Position numbers and translations under genes: made by a program | Notes under the pieces: generated by a model | What the model was told of the DNA's origin: nothing | What the model saw: only the letters and a program-made list of their open reading frames with translations | Databases searched by the model: none | Part shown: positions 42,847-55,839 of the stretch, in pieces | Position numbering within the stretch: the first letter of the stretch is position 1 | Layout: every line of letters starts with the position of its first letter | NCBI GenBank assembly: GCA_002269645.1 | Contig: NIVC01001231.1 | Coordinates: forward strand, 62,001 to 126,000 | Direction: 5' to 3' | Source of the DNA: Macrostomum lignano | Taxonomy: Eukaryota | DNA length: 64,000 nucleotides

Positions 42847-43876
42847 ATGAAGCTCGATTTCGGCAAGATTTTCTACCTACTCTGTCAACTCGCTCTCGCA
42901 TCTGCCGACAAGTCGCAGAACCTCACCGGCTGCGGCCCGGACCCGAGCTACAAGCTGGCCGTCAACACGACGTACTGCGTGGGGCCCGAGTCTACAACTG
43001 CGGTGTCCGCCTGCGCCGCCATGGCCGCCTGCGCCAAGCTGGGGGAGAGTCTGCTCGGTCCAGCCGCTTACAATTCGTTGCGGAACTCCAAGATGACCAA
43101 GGACGCCTGGCTGGGCATCACGGATGCCGCTGTGGAGCGCGGCTCGAGTCCATCCGGTTGGCAACTTGTACCGGGATTGGAGCAGCTGGAGAACTTGGAG
43201 CTCTGGTCGGTTGAACAGCCGAATGGCGAGGGCGAGGATCTGGATTGCGTGATCCACGTCGCCAAGGAGAACGGCCTGCACAACTACGAATGCAACGGAA
43301 CCAAGCACTACCGATGCCAGAGGCCTGCTGGAGTCGATGCGGCTACTTTGACACCAAAAAGGTGGGAGCTACTTACGAATGACTAATTTTGGAAGTCATA
43401 AAACATTCGCACCAACCCGCTATGCACTGCAAGGTAAAATTAGGGAAGCAATCGTAGCAACAGGTAAACATAGACCATGGGCTAACGGTACAATGCATTT
43501 GGTAGAAATTTTGTAGTCCCAAAAGTCCTCGGAAAATACACAGTATGATTTGATGCAATCTATGCAAACTACCGAGACCATTGCAAACTGCCACTTATAC
43601 TGCAACAGCTACCAGCGGTTTTTCGACGCCCCAGTGCTGACTTTCGCCCAAGACGCTCCCGGTTGCAACATCAAATCTGCAACGGCAGCCACCGCCATGC
43701 TCTGCGGTCTGAGCTGCTCAGAGAAGTTCGGATGTGTCGGCTTCTACCACAACGCTATTAGACAAGAGTGCCGTCTCCTGCTGTTCTTCGACGCGGCTCT
43801 GAAGCTGGACTATGATTCGGAGGCTGAAGAAGTCGCCTGGACGAAGATGCTGGCTTTTCCTCGGCCAAGCAATTGA
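42847..43876 (+). CDS. Secreted C-type lectin + PAN/Apple-like domain protein (260 aa), paralog 1
   Basis: Exons 42847-43361 and 43609-43876 (phase 2). Signal peptide; CTL motifs AWLGITD, WSVEQPNG, DCV, LHNYEC; PAN-like CGLSCSEKFGCVGF...ECRL. Confidence 0.85.
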
Positions 43877-44006
43877 TTGATGAAGCCTTAGATGAAGCTG
43901 ATCTTCAAAACGAACTTGAGTAACTTAGAGAGTTGAAATATTAACTAAAACATAGATTTAACAGCTGCTGTCATAGTGTTAGGCATGGACAACTGAATTG
44001 GATCAG

Positions 44007-44257
44007 GGACGCTACACTAGATTTTCCTAGAAATCAGCTGGGGCGGGAAGGAGCGTACATTTTTCGCATTGCTAGTGCATTTGCGCTCGTAGAAAGCGCC
44101 CGTTAAATCAGATTTTCCACAGCGGATTTTTTCGACTGTATTTGACCATGGCAAACCCCCATTCAGCAGTATGCGCCTTTCAGAGCAAATTAAATGTACT
44201 AGCAATGCGAAAAATATGCGTCCAAGCTCATTTCTAGGAAAATCGTGAGTAGCATCC
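44007..44257. mobile_element. ~250-bp MITE between the convergent lectin genes
   Basis: Imperfect ~60-bp inverted termini (GATTTTCCTAGAAAT...TTTTTCGCATTGCTAGT). No TSD seen. Confidence 0.55.
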
Positions 44258-44650
44258 TACCTTCCACTTCAGTAGCAGAAATATGTATTAGTTTTTATTT
44301 TATTAGTAAAAACTGTCGGTTCGAAATGACCTTCTGCCCTGAAATATACGCTTCGTTGGTAATAAAATTTCAATGATTAATTGATAACTGTGGATATAGG
44401 ACACTAAGACGCGGTTTAATCTCAACCGAATAGCAGAAAAGACAGAACAGAACTATGAGTCAGTCCTTCTATAGTAACAAACTTGCGAACAAAGCATCAC
44501 CATCACCACCCAGTGCTAAGAAATTATTAGGATTGAGTTTATCTGTCAAACTCAGTTTAGCTATAAGAGTGATTTTATTTGCCAATTGAGATTTGCACGA
44601 GTTCTTAATTTAGCTGTTCAGATTTCGTCCATTCACCAATGCCGGCTGTG

Positions 44651-45851
44651 TCACATATGGACGGCAATTTTCTTAATCCAAGCAGCCTGCTCAGCCGGCG
44701 AGCTGTAACTGAGGCTGACAGCCGCGTCCATGTACAGCAGCAGCACGCACTCCCTGCGGGTTGCGGCAGAGTGCAGGAATTATGCATGATGCATGTAAAA
44801 GCTTCTGAGATGAGATTCAGACCCCGGTGAGATGGAAAACTAAGGTTGAAGGGCTCCATACTCGATTTTCCCAGAATCAGTCCCTAGGAACCACAGCCAA
44901 TAGCGTTGTTTATCGTACCGGCGCAGCGGGTTGAAGTAGAAGCCAACGCAGCCGAGCTTCTCCCGGCACTCGCCAGCGCAAAGCAGCTCAATCGGCAGCT
45001 CCAGTGCGATCTTTTCTGTGCACCCGACGGCTCCCTGCGTGAAGTCGACGACTGGACTTTCTACGAACAGCTCGTAGTGAGCCGGCACGGGTCGCTCGTC
45101 TCCCATCGGGTGCTCGCACCTGCAGGCGATTGTAGCAGTGCATCCAGCGTCGTGCAGCTTCTTTGTGGTCGGGTTGTGATTTACGCAGTCCTCGATGGAG
45201 GTGCCGTCCGGCTGGCCAGTGTTCCAGAGATCCGTCAGGGTGAGCAGCGAGCCGGCACGGTTGGGTACGACCTGATAGAAGCATTGAGTAGGTTGCGAGT
45301 TCTGTTGGATATAGCGAGAAAATTAAACATCCTAAGTGATTCTTGGGAACGGAAATATTAGCTTAGGCAAAACTCATATTGAATTCTCACACAGTTCCAT
45401 AGGGTTAACAGGAGAAAACCAAGACGTAGAGAGGTGGCAAGTTTGATCATTACCCGCTTTCGAACCGCCCTTTTTTATTATCCGCTTTTGCCCTATGAAC
45501 ATCTTTTTATGATTAATTTATAGACGTACTTGTGAACTGCTGTGTAATCTTTAGCTATCCAAAAAGCCACACCTGCCATCCGGTGGGACTCGAGCCTCGC
45601 TCGACCAGCTGGTCGTTGATGCCGGTCCAAACTTCTCCGAGGCTGAGCCGAACTGCCGCGTACGTGTCGGGCTGCAGAATTCGCTGGCCCAGCTGGGCGC
45701 AGGTTTTCAGGCACTGGCAATAGTTGACGTCGGTAGCCACTGAGCCGCTGAGGCAGGTGGTCAGGTTCGGAGCGGCCGTGTAGCCCGACGGGCAGGATGG
45801 CTGGACCGGCTGCAGCAGAGACAGAGAGCAAAGTGCCAGGAGCAGCAGCAT
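44651..45851 (-). CDS. Secreted C-type lectin + PAN/Apple-like domain protein (244 aa), paralog 2
   Basis: Exons 45851-45573, 45271-44919, 44753-44651 in frame. Signal peptide MLLLLALCSLSLL; VWTGIND, shared VERGSSP.GWQ, GQPDG, EDCV, LHDAGC; PAN-like CAGECREKLGCVGFYFN..RECVL. Confidence 0.87.
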
Positions 45852-46015
45852 GGTTTGGCTGGGAATTGCTTCACTGCAGGATTGTTGCGCGCAAAGTAGT
45901 CTGGCTGGGCTAAGCTCTGGGCTCGGGAAGACTTAATATAGGCAAAGCCTGGCTGGTGCAGCGGAAAAACAGCAGGGAGGCGCAGCGTCATTATTTTTCA
46001 AACAAAGGGCTCCTC

Positions 46016-46656
46016 TTGACTTACTTGACTTAGCTGCAGGGCTGTCCCGAAGGGGACACAGCGGGAAGGCGCGGGCGCCCATTCCGCTAGTCCCTGAACG
46101 GCCGACGCGTCGCTATGGACGGAGGGTTGGCGCCGCCCAGGGAGGTCCCCCAGTGTCGCCAGCAGCTATGGTGCTCTCTGGAAAGGAGAGTTCAGCCCTG
46201 CGGGTGGCCCGAAGGTAGCGCATGAGCTGATTAAAGTTTTCGGGTTTGCACGCTTCAGTAATAGATGTGTGTGGCCCGAGGTAAGTGAGTCTGGCCCGCG
46301 TGAAGGCGGGACAGATGCTGACGAAATGCTCAGCGGTTTCGTCACCTGAGTTGCAGAAGCTACAGGTGGCGTTGGTGGCGTTGCCCTGCAGGTACTGGTG
46401 CCTGGAGAAGCAGCCGTGACCAGAGAGGGTCATGGTGGCAGCCCGGATGTCTCTGCGCGAGAGGCGCAAGAGGAGCTTCCGGAGCTGGTGAGAGGGCTGA
46501 GGGACAGCGTCTCTGGATTGCCTGCAGTTCGTGCGGTTCGCCCAAGTCGAGCGGTGCTGAGTCCTGATCCACGCTTTGATGCGCGAGTCGATGACACAGC
46601 CAGGAATCGGGACAAGAGGTTCGGGGCCGAGAGAGGAGCCGGAGGCACCAACTTCA
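46016..46656 (-). mobile_element. 5'-truncated non-LTR retrotransposon (I/R1-Loa-like) 3' end, 641 bp
   Basis: GPEP..., TLSGHG, CX2CX8HX4C knuckle (CSFC..ETAEHFVSIC), AAGTC-type tail and 7-bp TSD GCTCCTC at 46009-15 and 46657-63. Confidence 0.8.
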
Positions 46657-47479
46657 GCTCCTCAGCTCCTCAGGCTAATTTTACATGATCGATTGCTAAA
46701 ACTTTGGATTCCCATTTTCAGATGCAGCTTCCAATTTTCTCAGGCAGCTTACAGAAGAGAACAATAGGTGCAAACCACTGAGAGGGTTCTGAGTTATGCT
46801 GTTGAGAATTCACAACTGAATGCACACGGCAACCACGCAGGCAAGCCAAGGCATCCTGGTGGCAAAAAAGGAATGCGACAAAACACAGCAGCAGCTGCAA
46901 GGCGCACTGCAAGCATCGCAGGCAGCTCCAGATCCTTTTGGGATGAAACAAAAATTCTGAGCTTAATTTTTCATGCTCTCCATTTTCTTACTCTAACTCG
47001 CTGGCACTGTAAAACACAAATGCCAAGCTTTCAGCCACCCTTAAGCCATACTGAGCCTAGTACTCGTATCTATGCGCTGGAAGTTCATCTAATTTTCATT
47101 TTGAAGTTTCTCATTTTGAAGCAGCTTCAGACAAAAACTTAGCAATATTCTTTCCTTGCTACTTTAAGTAATCGGCGATTTAATTTTGAAATACAGTTAG
47201 TTTGTGCCTATTTTAGCCTTGCGTATACAGTGATGCTGCTTAAGCTGAAGACATCAAGTTGGTTTTCAAGTTCGAGTGTATTAAAAACTTACAAGGAGCT
47301 GCAAAGACTCGATTAAAGAAAATTGAAAATTCTAACGATAAAAATGTCAGGGCCGCTTTACACTCCCGTGTGAGTGTGCACCTGTGCGTATGACTGCGTA
47401 CGTATACGCGCGCTGGTGTGCCTGCTCAGGGGAGTCGGTGGAATGGGCAGCAATGCCTCCCGCCGGTGGTGTGACAATG

Positions 47480-47775
47480 TCGCATCAACTTGCGCCAGGG
47501 TGCACGCAGCCCCTGCTTCTAATACTCGTAAAACAAGTGTGAGAGCCTTCCGGCAGTCGGTGATCTGGACCGTCCTGCTGTACAACGTCGAGGAAGCAGA
47601 CGCTGACCTGCTGCGCGCCGCATTCAAGATCGGCTACGAGCGAGTCACCAACGCGACACTCGATCGCTGCGCCGACCTGGTTCATCTAAGCGACCTGTTG
47701 TGCCGTCGGCGACACCAGCTAAGCAGGCCACGTCATCGTGTCGCACTGCCCATGAGCCGGTGCACCAGAATTTGA
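47480..47775 (+). mobile_element. Degenerate RTE-type LINE RT C-terminal remnant
   Basis: AFRQSVIWTVLLYNVE...LLRAAFKIGYERVTNATL...SDLLCRRRHQL resembles the RTE post-RT region. Confidence 0.55.
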
Positions 47776-48161
47776 CGGTGGAGCTTTGAGTTCTTACGCA
47801 CAGTGCTAATTTTGTCTCCTATGATTGCTTCTTTGCTAGAATTCGATGTCTTCCTTTTTTTCCGTTGCATCTTGAGCGCCTTGCACACCCCACAGCCCAC
47901 CTGGTAAAAATTAATTATAAAACAAGGAATATCACACTAAGCGCTTCTCCGTTACACGGGTTAGGGTTATGGTTTGGGTTGAGGTAAACTTTCACTATAT
48001 TTATCTGATGTAATAGAAAGTTTTCTGCATGACATAAGAACTTACGACTAGCTCACTTTTGCTATTCTCACAATGCAAGTGCCAATCCCTGTAAGTACCA
48101 AATATTACGATATTATAAAACGTTGTATCATTGTGACAGTCATTAAAAATCCAAAGATTTC

Positions 48162-48505
48162 TCAGAGATTCGAGGCAATTTTCTTAATCGAAGCCATCTC
48201 AGCATCCGACTTGTACGGAAGCTCTACTGCAGCATCAAAGCACGCAGCGGGTTGAAGTAGAAGCCAACGCAGTCGAGCTTCTCCCGGCACTCGCGAGCGC
48301 AAAGCAGCTCCATCGGCAGCTCCAGCGCGATCTTTTCTGTGCACCCGACGGCTCCCTGCGTGAAGTCGACGACTGGACTTTCTACGAACACTTCAGGCAG
48401 GTGGTCAGATACGGAGCGGCGTGTAGCCCGACGGCAGGATGGCTGCAGCAGAGACAGAGAGCAAAGTGCCAGGAGCAGCAAGGCTTGGCTGGGAATTGCT
48501 TGCAG
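48162..48505 (-). pseudogene. Deleted copy of lectin-PAN paralog 2
   Basis: Near-identical signal-peptide and PAN sequence (FVESPVVDFTQGAVGCTEKIALELP). ATG is lost, the CTL domain and both introns are missing, and the 3' end is frameshifted. Confidence 0.8.
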
Positions 48506-49929
48506 GTGCCTGCTCAGTCAGCCTCGGACACGCATTTTGCTTTTACATTCATTACTCAAAGCCAACCTGTGGTTCCCAGGCAACCAACTGGGTTGGTAAA
48601 TTGGTAAATTGAAAACAAAAAGTTAGGAGAAATTCAAGTGTCGCTCATTCAGTCAACGATCCAAGGGCATAAGTTAGAGTGCAGAAGAGCTCCTAAGTGT
48701 ATTGAAGATCTTCACTGTTCTTGGATTTTTCAGAAGCTCTTGTTAAATATTTCAGAACCACTTAAAGAAGAAAAGTAATGCAGGTAGGGCTGATGAGAAT
48801 TTCTAATTCTACGAAGTATGCTTCAGATTCACCTTTGGAGCAATTTTCATTGAAATATTCTCTAAGAAATCCATTCTCACTCAGTTTTGTTGTCCATTGA
48901 TTGCATTCAAACGCGGTGTTGGGTTGCAGACACAAACGCTTCTATTTCTGAATGCAAGTTTAGCATTATCGGCATGAGATGTGAGGACACGACGATATCT
49001 CAGCTGCGAGAGGTGGTGTGGAGCTCAAAAACATCTGTCCTACTCAACGGTGCCAAGGCCGGCTCAATGGTTGCACATGTATTCCATGCTCCATGAGTGG
49101 TGCAATGGGAACTCAGCCAGTGAACTAACTAGTCCAGGCCGCGTGATTCTGATATGGCTGTTAATTTATAAAAGTGACCTGATGCGGTTGGAAGGCATTC
49201 GAGTCTTCGCGGATTTGACGCACGTCTTTTGCAATTTGGTTAGTACTGCATGACGACTGTTAAAAACTTGGTTGGCCAAAATTCAAGCAATGCATCATAT
49301 CAAACCCTTCTTACTATCCATAAGTAGTAATATACGCTTGATAAAAATGTAACAGCTTTGACTGCATTTCAACGCATCATTCTTAGCAAATAAACTCCGG
49401 CACTCTTGATCCTGCGGTTGCTACTCAAGGATTAATCTCGCAGTTGAATTCTTGATCCATGCGTCTCAAGGGTCACAGCAGTCCCCAAGCCAATTTTGCT
49501 GGTGTTTTCATTCATTTGTTGTCCCTTCTGGCTTTCTGATGCCCAGGGGCATTGAGGGGGCAGAGAAATTCGAATAGGACCAAAGTTTCTGGTGCTCCAT
49601 TTGAAATTTTCTAACCTTGTAAGAATAAATTTTCCAATGCGTATGACTTGCGGTCGGATTAATTAAACCCGTGGCATGTATCGGACTTGCGCCGTATTTC
49701 TGCGGAAATATACTTTACAAAACGTGAGTAAACTGAGACGGAGAAGCACTAGGTTTCTCAATGGCGTAGTCTTCCTTCACTCGAGACATTGGGATATGTA
49801 TATTTCGGGCGCGTCATTTCGAATCTTCTTGACTTTAATGTTCTTTCTTTGGGTCTAGTAGTGTTCAGAGTTATCATTTGAGTGCGCTGTTTCTCATGAA
49901 CATTTTGGGTTATTTAGAAATGCTCATTT

Positions 49930-50811
49930 CTAAAACAGCAGCGGGTCGTATCGCTTCCGGAAAAGAAGCGGGTCGTATCGCTTCCGGAAAAGCAACGGGT
50001 CGTATCGCTTCATAGACAGCAGTGGGTCGAACCTCTTCATGGACAGCAGTGGGTCGAACCTCTTCATGGACAGCAGTGGGTCGAACCTCTTCATGGAAAG
50101 CAGTGGGTCGAACCTCTTCATGGACAGCAGTGGGTCGAACCTCTTCATGGACAGCAGTGGGTCGAACCTCTTCATGGACAGCAGTGGGTCGAACCTCTTC
50201 ATAGACAGCAGTGGGTCGAACCTCTTCGTGGATAGCAGTGGGTCAAACTTCTTTGTCTTTGATAAACTGGACTTATCGGAGTGGTGTCGAGCACCATATT
50301 CTTTCGGAGCCTGCGGTGTGCAAGAAAAAAAACAGTCCATTAATATTTATTATGAGAAGTAGTAAATAAAAGCTACTGAGGGAAGAGCACATCGGTGCTC
50401 AGACCCGATCTCATGCGAAATCCGAGTCCAATCAATCCGCCGAGAAGCAGATCGATGGTCAAACTGAATGGAGCTGCAACAGCGGCAGCTGAGCCGTGAC
50501 TACTGATAAGCCGATGGAAGGAAATTTAAACCCTACCGTCGCTCCCCAACGCCCAACGGACCACGCAGTGGGAGCTAGCTGGGGAGCGCTCTTCAGAATA
50601 TCGACCCTTCGGGGGATCCCATCGACCCTCGAGATGAGTCCCCAAGACGCTCCACTATAATCACTACCAACCGAAGCAATTAATTTTTTCGCTCTGACGG
50701 TTCAGGGTCGCAGAGTAAAATTGAGCAATGAAAATTGAAGCGCCGTACCGCGAAGGCTTCACTGGCAGCCAGGCTGCCGATCAGAAGGCACCAAAGTAGC
50801 GATCTGCCCAT
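49930..50811 (-). CDS. Neuropeptide precursor, 147 aa, 12 (F/Y)DPLL peptides
   Basis: Exon 50811-50749 (GCCATGG context; MGRSLLWCLLIGSLAASEAFA|GTACGG) joins in phase 0 to exon 50310-49930 (TTTTTTCTTGCACACCGCAG acceptor). It encodes KK-FDPLLST, 8x KR-FDPLLSM, 2x KR-YDPLLFR and KR-YDPLLF*. Repeat units differ at synonymous sites. Confidence 0.9.
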
Positions 50812-53769
50812 GGCGAGCTCGGCGTCAGGAGTACCCAGCTAGTCGGTGCGAGACGCAGCGCTTCTAATTAGGCTCTGAAAAAAATGATGCAGCGAGGTTG
50901 GCTGTGTTGGAATATTTCTCTGGAACACTGCAGCTGCCGACTAAGAAGGCTTAAAAGGAAAGGATGGGTTTGAGAGAGACGCCAGGAGCAGACGATCCAT
51001 CAACCTCTGAAAGAACCTTGCTGAGCCAGCCGCAGCTGCTAGAGATTAGAAAAACAGTTTCCATTCGTTCCATAATCTTTATTTTCCTTGTGCACACGCT
51101 GTGCTCACGTGCGCCATCTGATTGAGCCATGAGCTTGAGCTTTAATTAATTTGGACGAAAAAAGCAGAACAAAGATTTACAAATCAAACATGATATGGCA
51201 ATATTGATCTTGTATGAGCAAATCTTCAACCCTGCGATTGCATGAAGACTGAGAAGGGCCTTTGATGCTGCAGTGATGAGTATAAATTCTGAGCCAGGCT
51301 AAATTAATTTACTCACCAAAGGGCTTGGCAGCAGGGACCTTCAAGCTACGAGCAAAAGCTTTTCGGGGATGAGTCGTGAGTATAGGGGACCAAAGCACCG
51401 CAAGCCTTCCCTGCCGTCAAAGACGAAGCTTAAATGATGGGTCTTCGCCGCCAGTGAGAGGCGTCCCCGCCCCGGAAAGGGTGAAAGAGAGCCTCGTGTC
51501 TCTGAATAGTGGGAGCGCAGAGCCAATCGGGGGGATCGTGAATGGAAGACGGTCGACAAACGGACGAAGCCTCTGCCGTGTTTGAGTTGGCGAGACTCAG
51601 CCAACAATCTTGACCCGTCTGCTCCCATTAGGGAGAATCCAGAAAGTGGAAGTTGGCAGGGAAGAAAGCAATGCGAAAGAGGAACCAGAGAGTCGAACGT
51701 CGATTCGGCATTCGAAAAGTAAAGCAGCAGGGAGAGCAGGCTGCTGCCTCCGCCACTCCACGAGTTCTTTTCAAGCCCTCCGTCAAGCCTCTTGTGACTT
51801 TCTAATAGCGGAACAAGCATTAGCTGTCAGGGGAAAGCCAACTGGGAAGCAAATTGTTGACTTGCCGCTCCGAAAGAAAAAGATCGGTCGAATTTTTTTG
51901 TTTTGGTTCGATTCCCCTGAGTCGCTTTGAGCCAACTGGCAACAGCCAAGGCTGATCGCAGTTGCCCTTAATTCTCTCCGATGAGTTCCAACATGAGTTG
52001 GAAGCCTTCTGCAGTCATCGAGGCACTGAAAGTGTGTCATTGTTAGGAGCTAGTTTCAGCGTTGCAACCATATAATGCTTGGAAAAATATAGCAAACAAT
52101 GTCTAGCTACCAGCCAATTTAACTCCATTGATGGACAGAATCAATGCTGGCAACAATAGCACAGTCATCCTTGAAAACTAACTGAAATTGCCTGTGCCCA
52201 TTGTGATAAGAGCTTTTTGACTGTTTTTCATGCTGCTATGAGAGTAGTGCCTCAAAAAGTCTTCCAAATAATAGACAGAAAAATGGACAAAACCTATGGA
52301 CTAGCTTTCCCAAATATAGCTCGCTTTTAGAAGCAAGCATTTTAACAAACAATGAGACCAATGACAGTCTTAGTGAAGCACAGCAAGCATTTTTCAGTAG
52401 AATGGTTATTTGTTTTGCAAAATTAGAAACTCTAAGCAATGCATTTTGAAGTGTTTGTGAAGTGAATTTTTAGATGTTTCATGCTCACTAGATACTGTAC
52501 CGCATCGACTCGGGATTAACGCTGGATAAGTCTCTTTCCAAAATCCGAAGGTTTTCCCCTAGCTACCTACATATACCTGTGAGGCCGCACTCAAATGTGA
52601 GTTCGTATATGTAGGACTTCATTAACTCTGGCATCTGCCAACTCCAGCCTTAATGCTCAGTTCAGTCATCATACATCACGGGCCTCTCGGCGTGTCCGCC
52701 CTTGTAAATTATTCATGTTGATGCAGTGAATGAAGCCAGATACTTTGCTGCTCGAAGTTAATAAGCAGGGATTTTTCCTCTGTGGATGCTTGCTTGGGGG
52801 TAAAGCACGAGGGGTTAACTGCATCAACATAAGACTTTTAAAAGTAGCATTGAACGTTCTTTGCAGATGGATATTTTCAGGTGGTGCTAAAATCAAAAAG
52901 TTTTGCAACGGGCCTTACATAAAGCGACGTGCTGCGGTATTCCTGTACATGGATCTAAGTGAGTTTGCTTAAGACCGATGATTGTTGTACTTCTAAAAAT
53001 TTGTTCTGAAACAGTTTAAACGCTATAGTTGAGAGAAAGCGCACGATTTCAACCGCTCGAGTTGAGTATATTGGTGTCAAAGATCAATTTGTTGCTTATT
53101 GCTATTTACAGCAATATCAAGCCTGGAACTTGTCCAGACGACTTTCAGTTGCTATTGCATGATTGCGGGGTCGCGTGCGTTTGGTTTGAATCGCGTCGCA
53201 ATAAAGCACAGTTTGTTTAATTGTAAAATCCTCGCGATAGAGACGTCGCGGCAGAATTCAATTGCTTCAAAGGGATTATTGAGTCTGCCTCAGGCCTCGG
53301 TGGTTAAGCTCTGGAGCCGGCCGACCCATTTCAAAATACGTTTTTTATGGTAGAGGAAAATTCTCAATCTTATATTGATTGCGTGTCTGATTGAGGGCTG
53401 ATTCTGGGCCCTGGGGAGTAACAGACTGACTGGGTGAGACTGAATGCCCAGGTAAGTATCCTTGAACGAAAATAGGATACATGCTAATAGGGTCAGAGCA
53501 GCTCATAGGTAAAACGCTTCTGATTGATTCCGTGCGCAGGCACATTCATTTGGAGCTTAGGTGCACGAAATTTGACGAGCCACCCTGTGCGAGCGTGTTT
53601 ATGAGTGCTGTGCCTGTGTACAGTATTGGCGCGCGTGTAATGTGTTCAGGAGTCAGCGGATGGCAAAATTGCCTCAGCGCTGGTTTTGGGACGATGTTGC
53701 CAGAGGCGTAGCGCCAGTGTGTCTACAATAATCCTCCTGAATATGGCGGCGGTCGATTGATTCGGATGC

Positions 53770-53930
53770 TACTTTTACATGTAGGACAGATTATCGCAGG
53801 TCAAATTGCAGTGGTTCCGAACTGTACTTTAACATGTAGGACACATTATCGCAGGTAAAATTGCAGTGGTTCCGAACTGTACTTTTACATGTAGGACACA
53901 TTATTGCAGGTAAAATTGCAGTGATTCCGA
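53770..53930. repeat. 55-bp tandem repeat x3
   Basis: TACTTTTACATGTAGGACACATTATCGCAGGTAAAATTGCAGTGGTTCCGAACTG starting at 53770, 53825 and 53880. Confidence 0.9.
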
Positions 53931-55839
53931 GCTATATGTTTATAGAGGCTGGAAATTTAATTTGCCTAAAGCGTAAAAATTAATTACAAGGCCAAATCTC
54001 TTTAAAACTGCAGATGAGTTTGTCGCATCAAGTAAAACAAGCCTTCAGTGTAGCCTGTGAAGCACATTAGACAAAGTCGCGGTAACTTTATCCCATTATA
54101 AAAGCTGTAATAACAACGCGAGACAGCTAGGCATCCAACATCTGCCTGGCTCGATGCCTTAAATAATAAATCTTTAATAATGCCAAGATTCCGAATGCAA
54201 AGCAACGGAGAGGGAAAACTGATCCGAGTTTGATCATGACTAGAAAATAGATTTTCCCACGCCTGCATTAAGGCTTCTTGCTTGATGAAAGAATTTGAGC
54301 TTGAGAACTAAAGACTTGTTGAGGCCTTCTTCGACACAGACCAAATGAAATTCAAGTCAATGGGAAATGCATAATCCAACCTCAATTTTTGTGTTCTACA
54401 CTGTTTAGTGATCGATTTTTAAATTGAATCTCGCTTCCAGTTTTCCTGTTATTAGGATAGCGGGAATAAAAGCAACTGCATAGGAAACTTTGCCAACATT
54501 TCTCATCAAAGTTTCATGCCACAAACGATGATCCGGTTTCATTCTTCGTATGAGGGAGCACGGAAACAGAAGACCGTCAACTCGGCTGTTACACTTCATG
54601 GCCACCCTGCTAAATAAAACAAGGCAAACTATTTCTCTGTAAGGTAGTTCTGCCACGCTAGAGTGCCGAACTATATACTTTGTTCATGACCCGGTAATAT
54701 TTACTGCTCCTGCAATATTATGCAGGGCGACTTTATTGCTGTACTGCACACTGCGGCTTCATGACGCCTCTCCTGTCTGCCTTCATCTGTTCTACCGCGC
54801 TTTTATGTTCATACAATTTACGAGTTAATAACCTAATTGCCGCCGAATATACACTCAACAACATTGAAAAGTCGCCCCTCTATGAGCAATTCTAAAATAA
54901 AAGATACGAGAAAATTGAGGGGCAGCTTCAATCCGTCCAACCCTCGCACACCGCTCCCCCAACTTCATTCCTCAACTTAAGTCTGTCGCGCGGCGTAGCT
55001 AAGTTGCGTCCCTCGCAAGATTGAGAGACTTCACCTGCACTCACAAAAGTGGCGACCACAGACGGAATCTGCTGTGATGGCGACTTTTCGATGTTGCTGA
55101 GTATACACTTCAGCTCGTATAGACACTGCGTGGCCAATCCTTGACGGTTTTAGACCCCTATTTATTAGCCGAACTCAAAGAACCAAACCTTTAATAAATA
55201 CGCTGGTATTTCCTATTAGCAGAAATCAACACCACTTGTGTGTACTATTTCATTATCTGAAATAAATGAGCTACTTGAGCCGTACTACTTGACTATCTGA
55301 CAATCGCTCAACAATCTAACCCCCTTCCCCCCAACAATTCCCCCAGCCATCCCCCATGAGCCTTGATATCTCAACAATTTCCCCAGTAGGCCTTGATGGG
55401 ATCAGTTATACTCGAAGCAGTTTTTACAAATCAGTTTTTACAAGGGATTTGAGGGTCACGGCGTCAGTTTTCTTGTAAAATAACTAAGTCAGTTAAGAAC
55501 TAAGACTTAATTTTTTTCTGTTACAAAAATTCAGCTAATTTGGATCCAGCTTTTTTAAAGGATCGTCTTTTTACCTGCCGATTTACGTGATTTACGTGAT
55601 TACGTAACGGAGCCAGCCGACCATGGATGGGGTGCGAAGCTGGTGCAGAAGTGGACTGCGAGTCCGCTCGCAGTTAAAAATCGCAGCAGTTTCTTGTAAC
55701 GCAGTTATTGCGAAATCGCAGTTTCGCAGTTAAACCGCTCGCAGTTTCCCTTCGAAACAGCAGCATACAGTACTACTGTACACACTCTGTAGCCAGTGAG
55801 TACTTGCGGTCTGAGCTGTTACTAGAGACCGCAACAAAG

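Noticed and set aside
51341-51820. 159-aa minus-strand ORF
   Set aside because: Non-ATG start and no recognisable domain; more likely 5' non-coding exon or promoter region of the DPLL precursor (donor at 51316).
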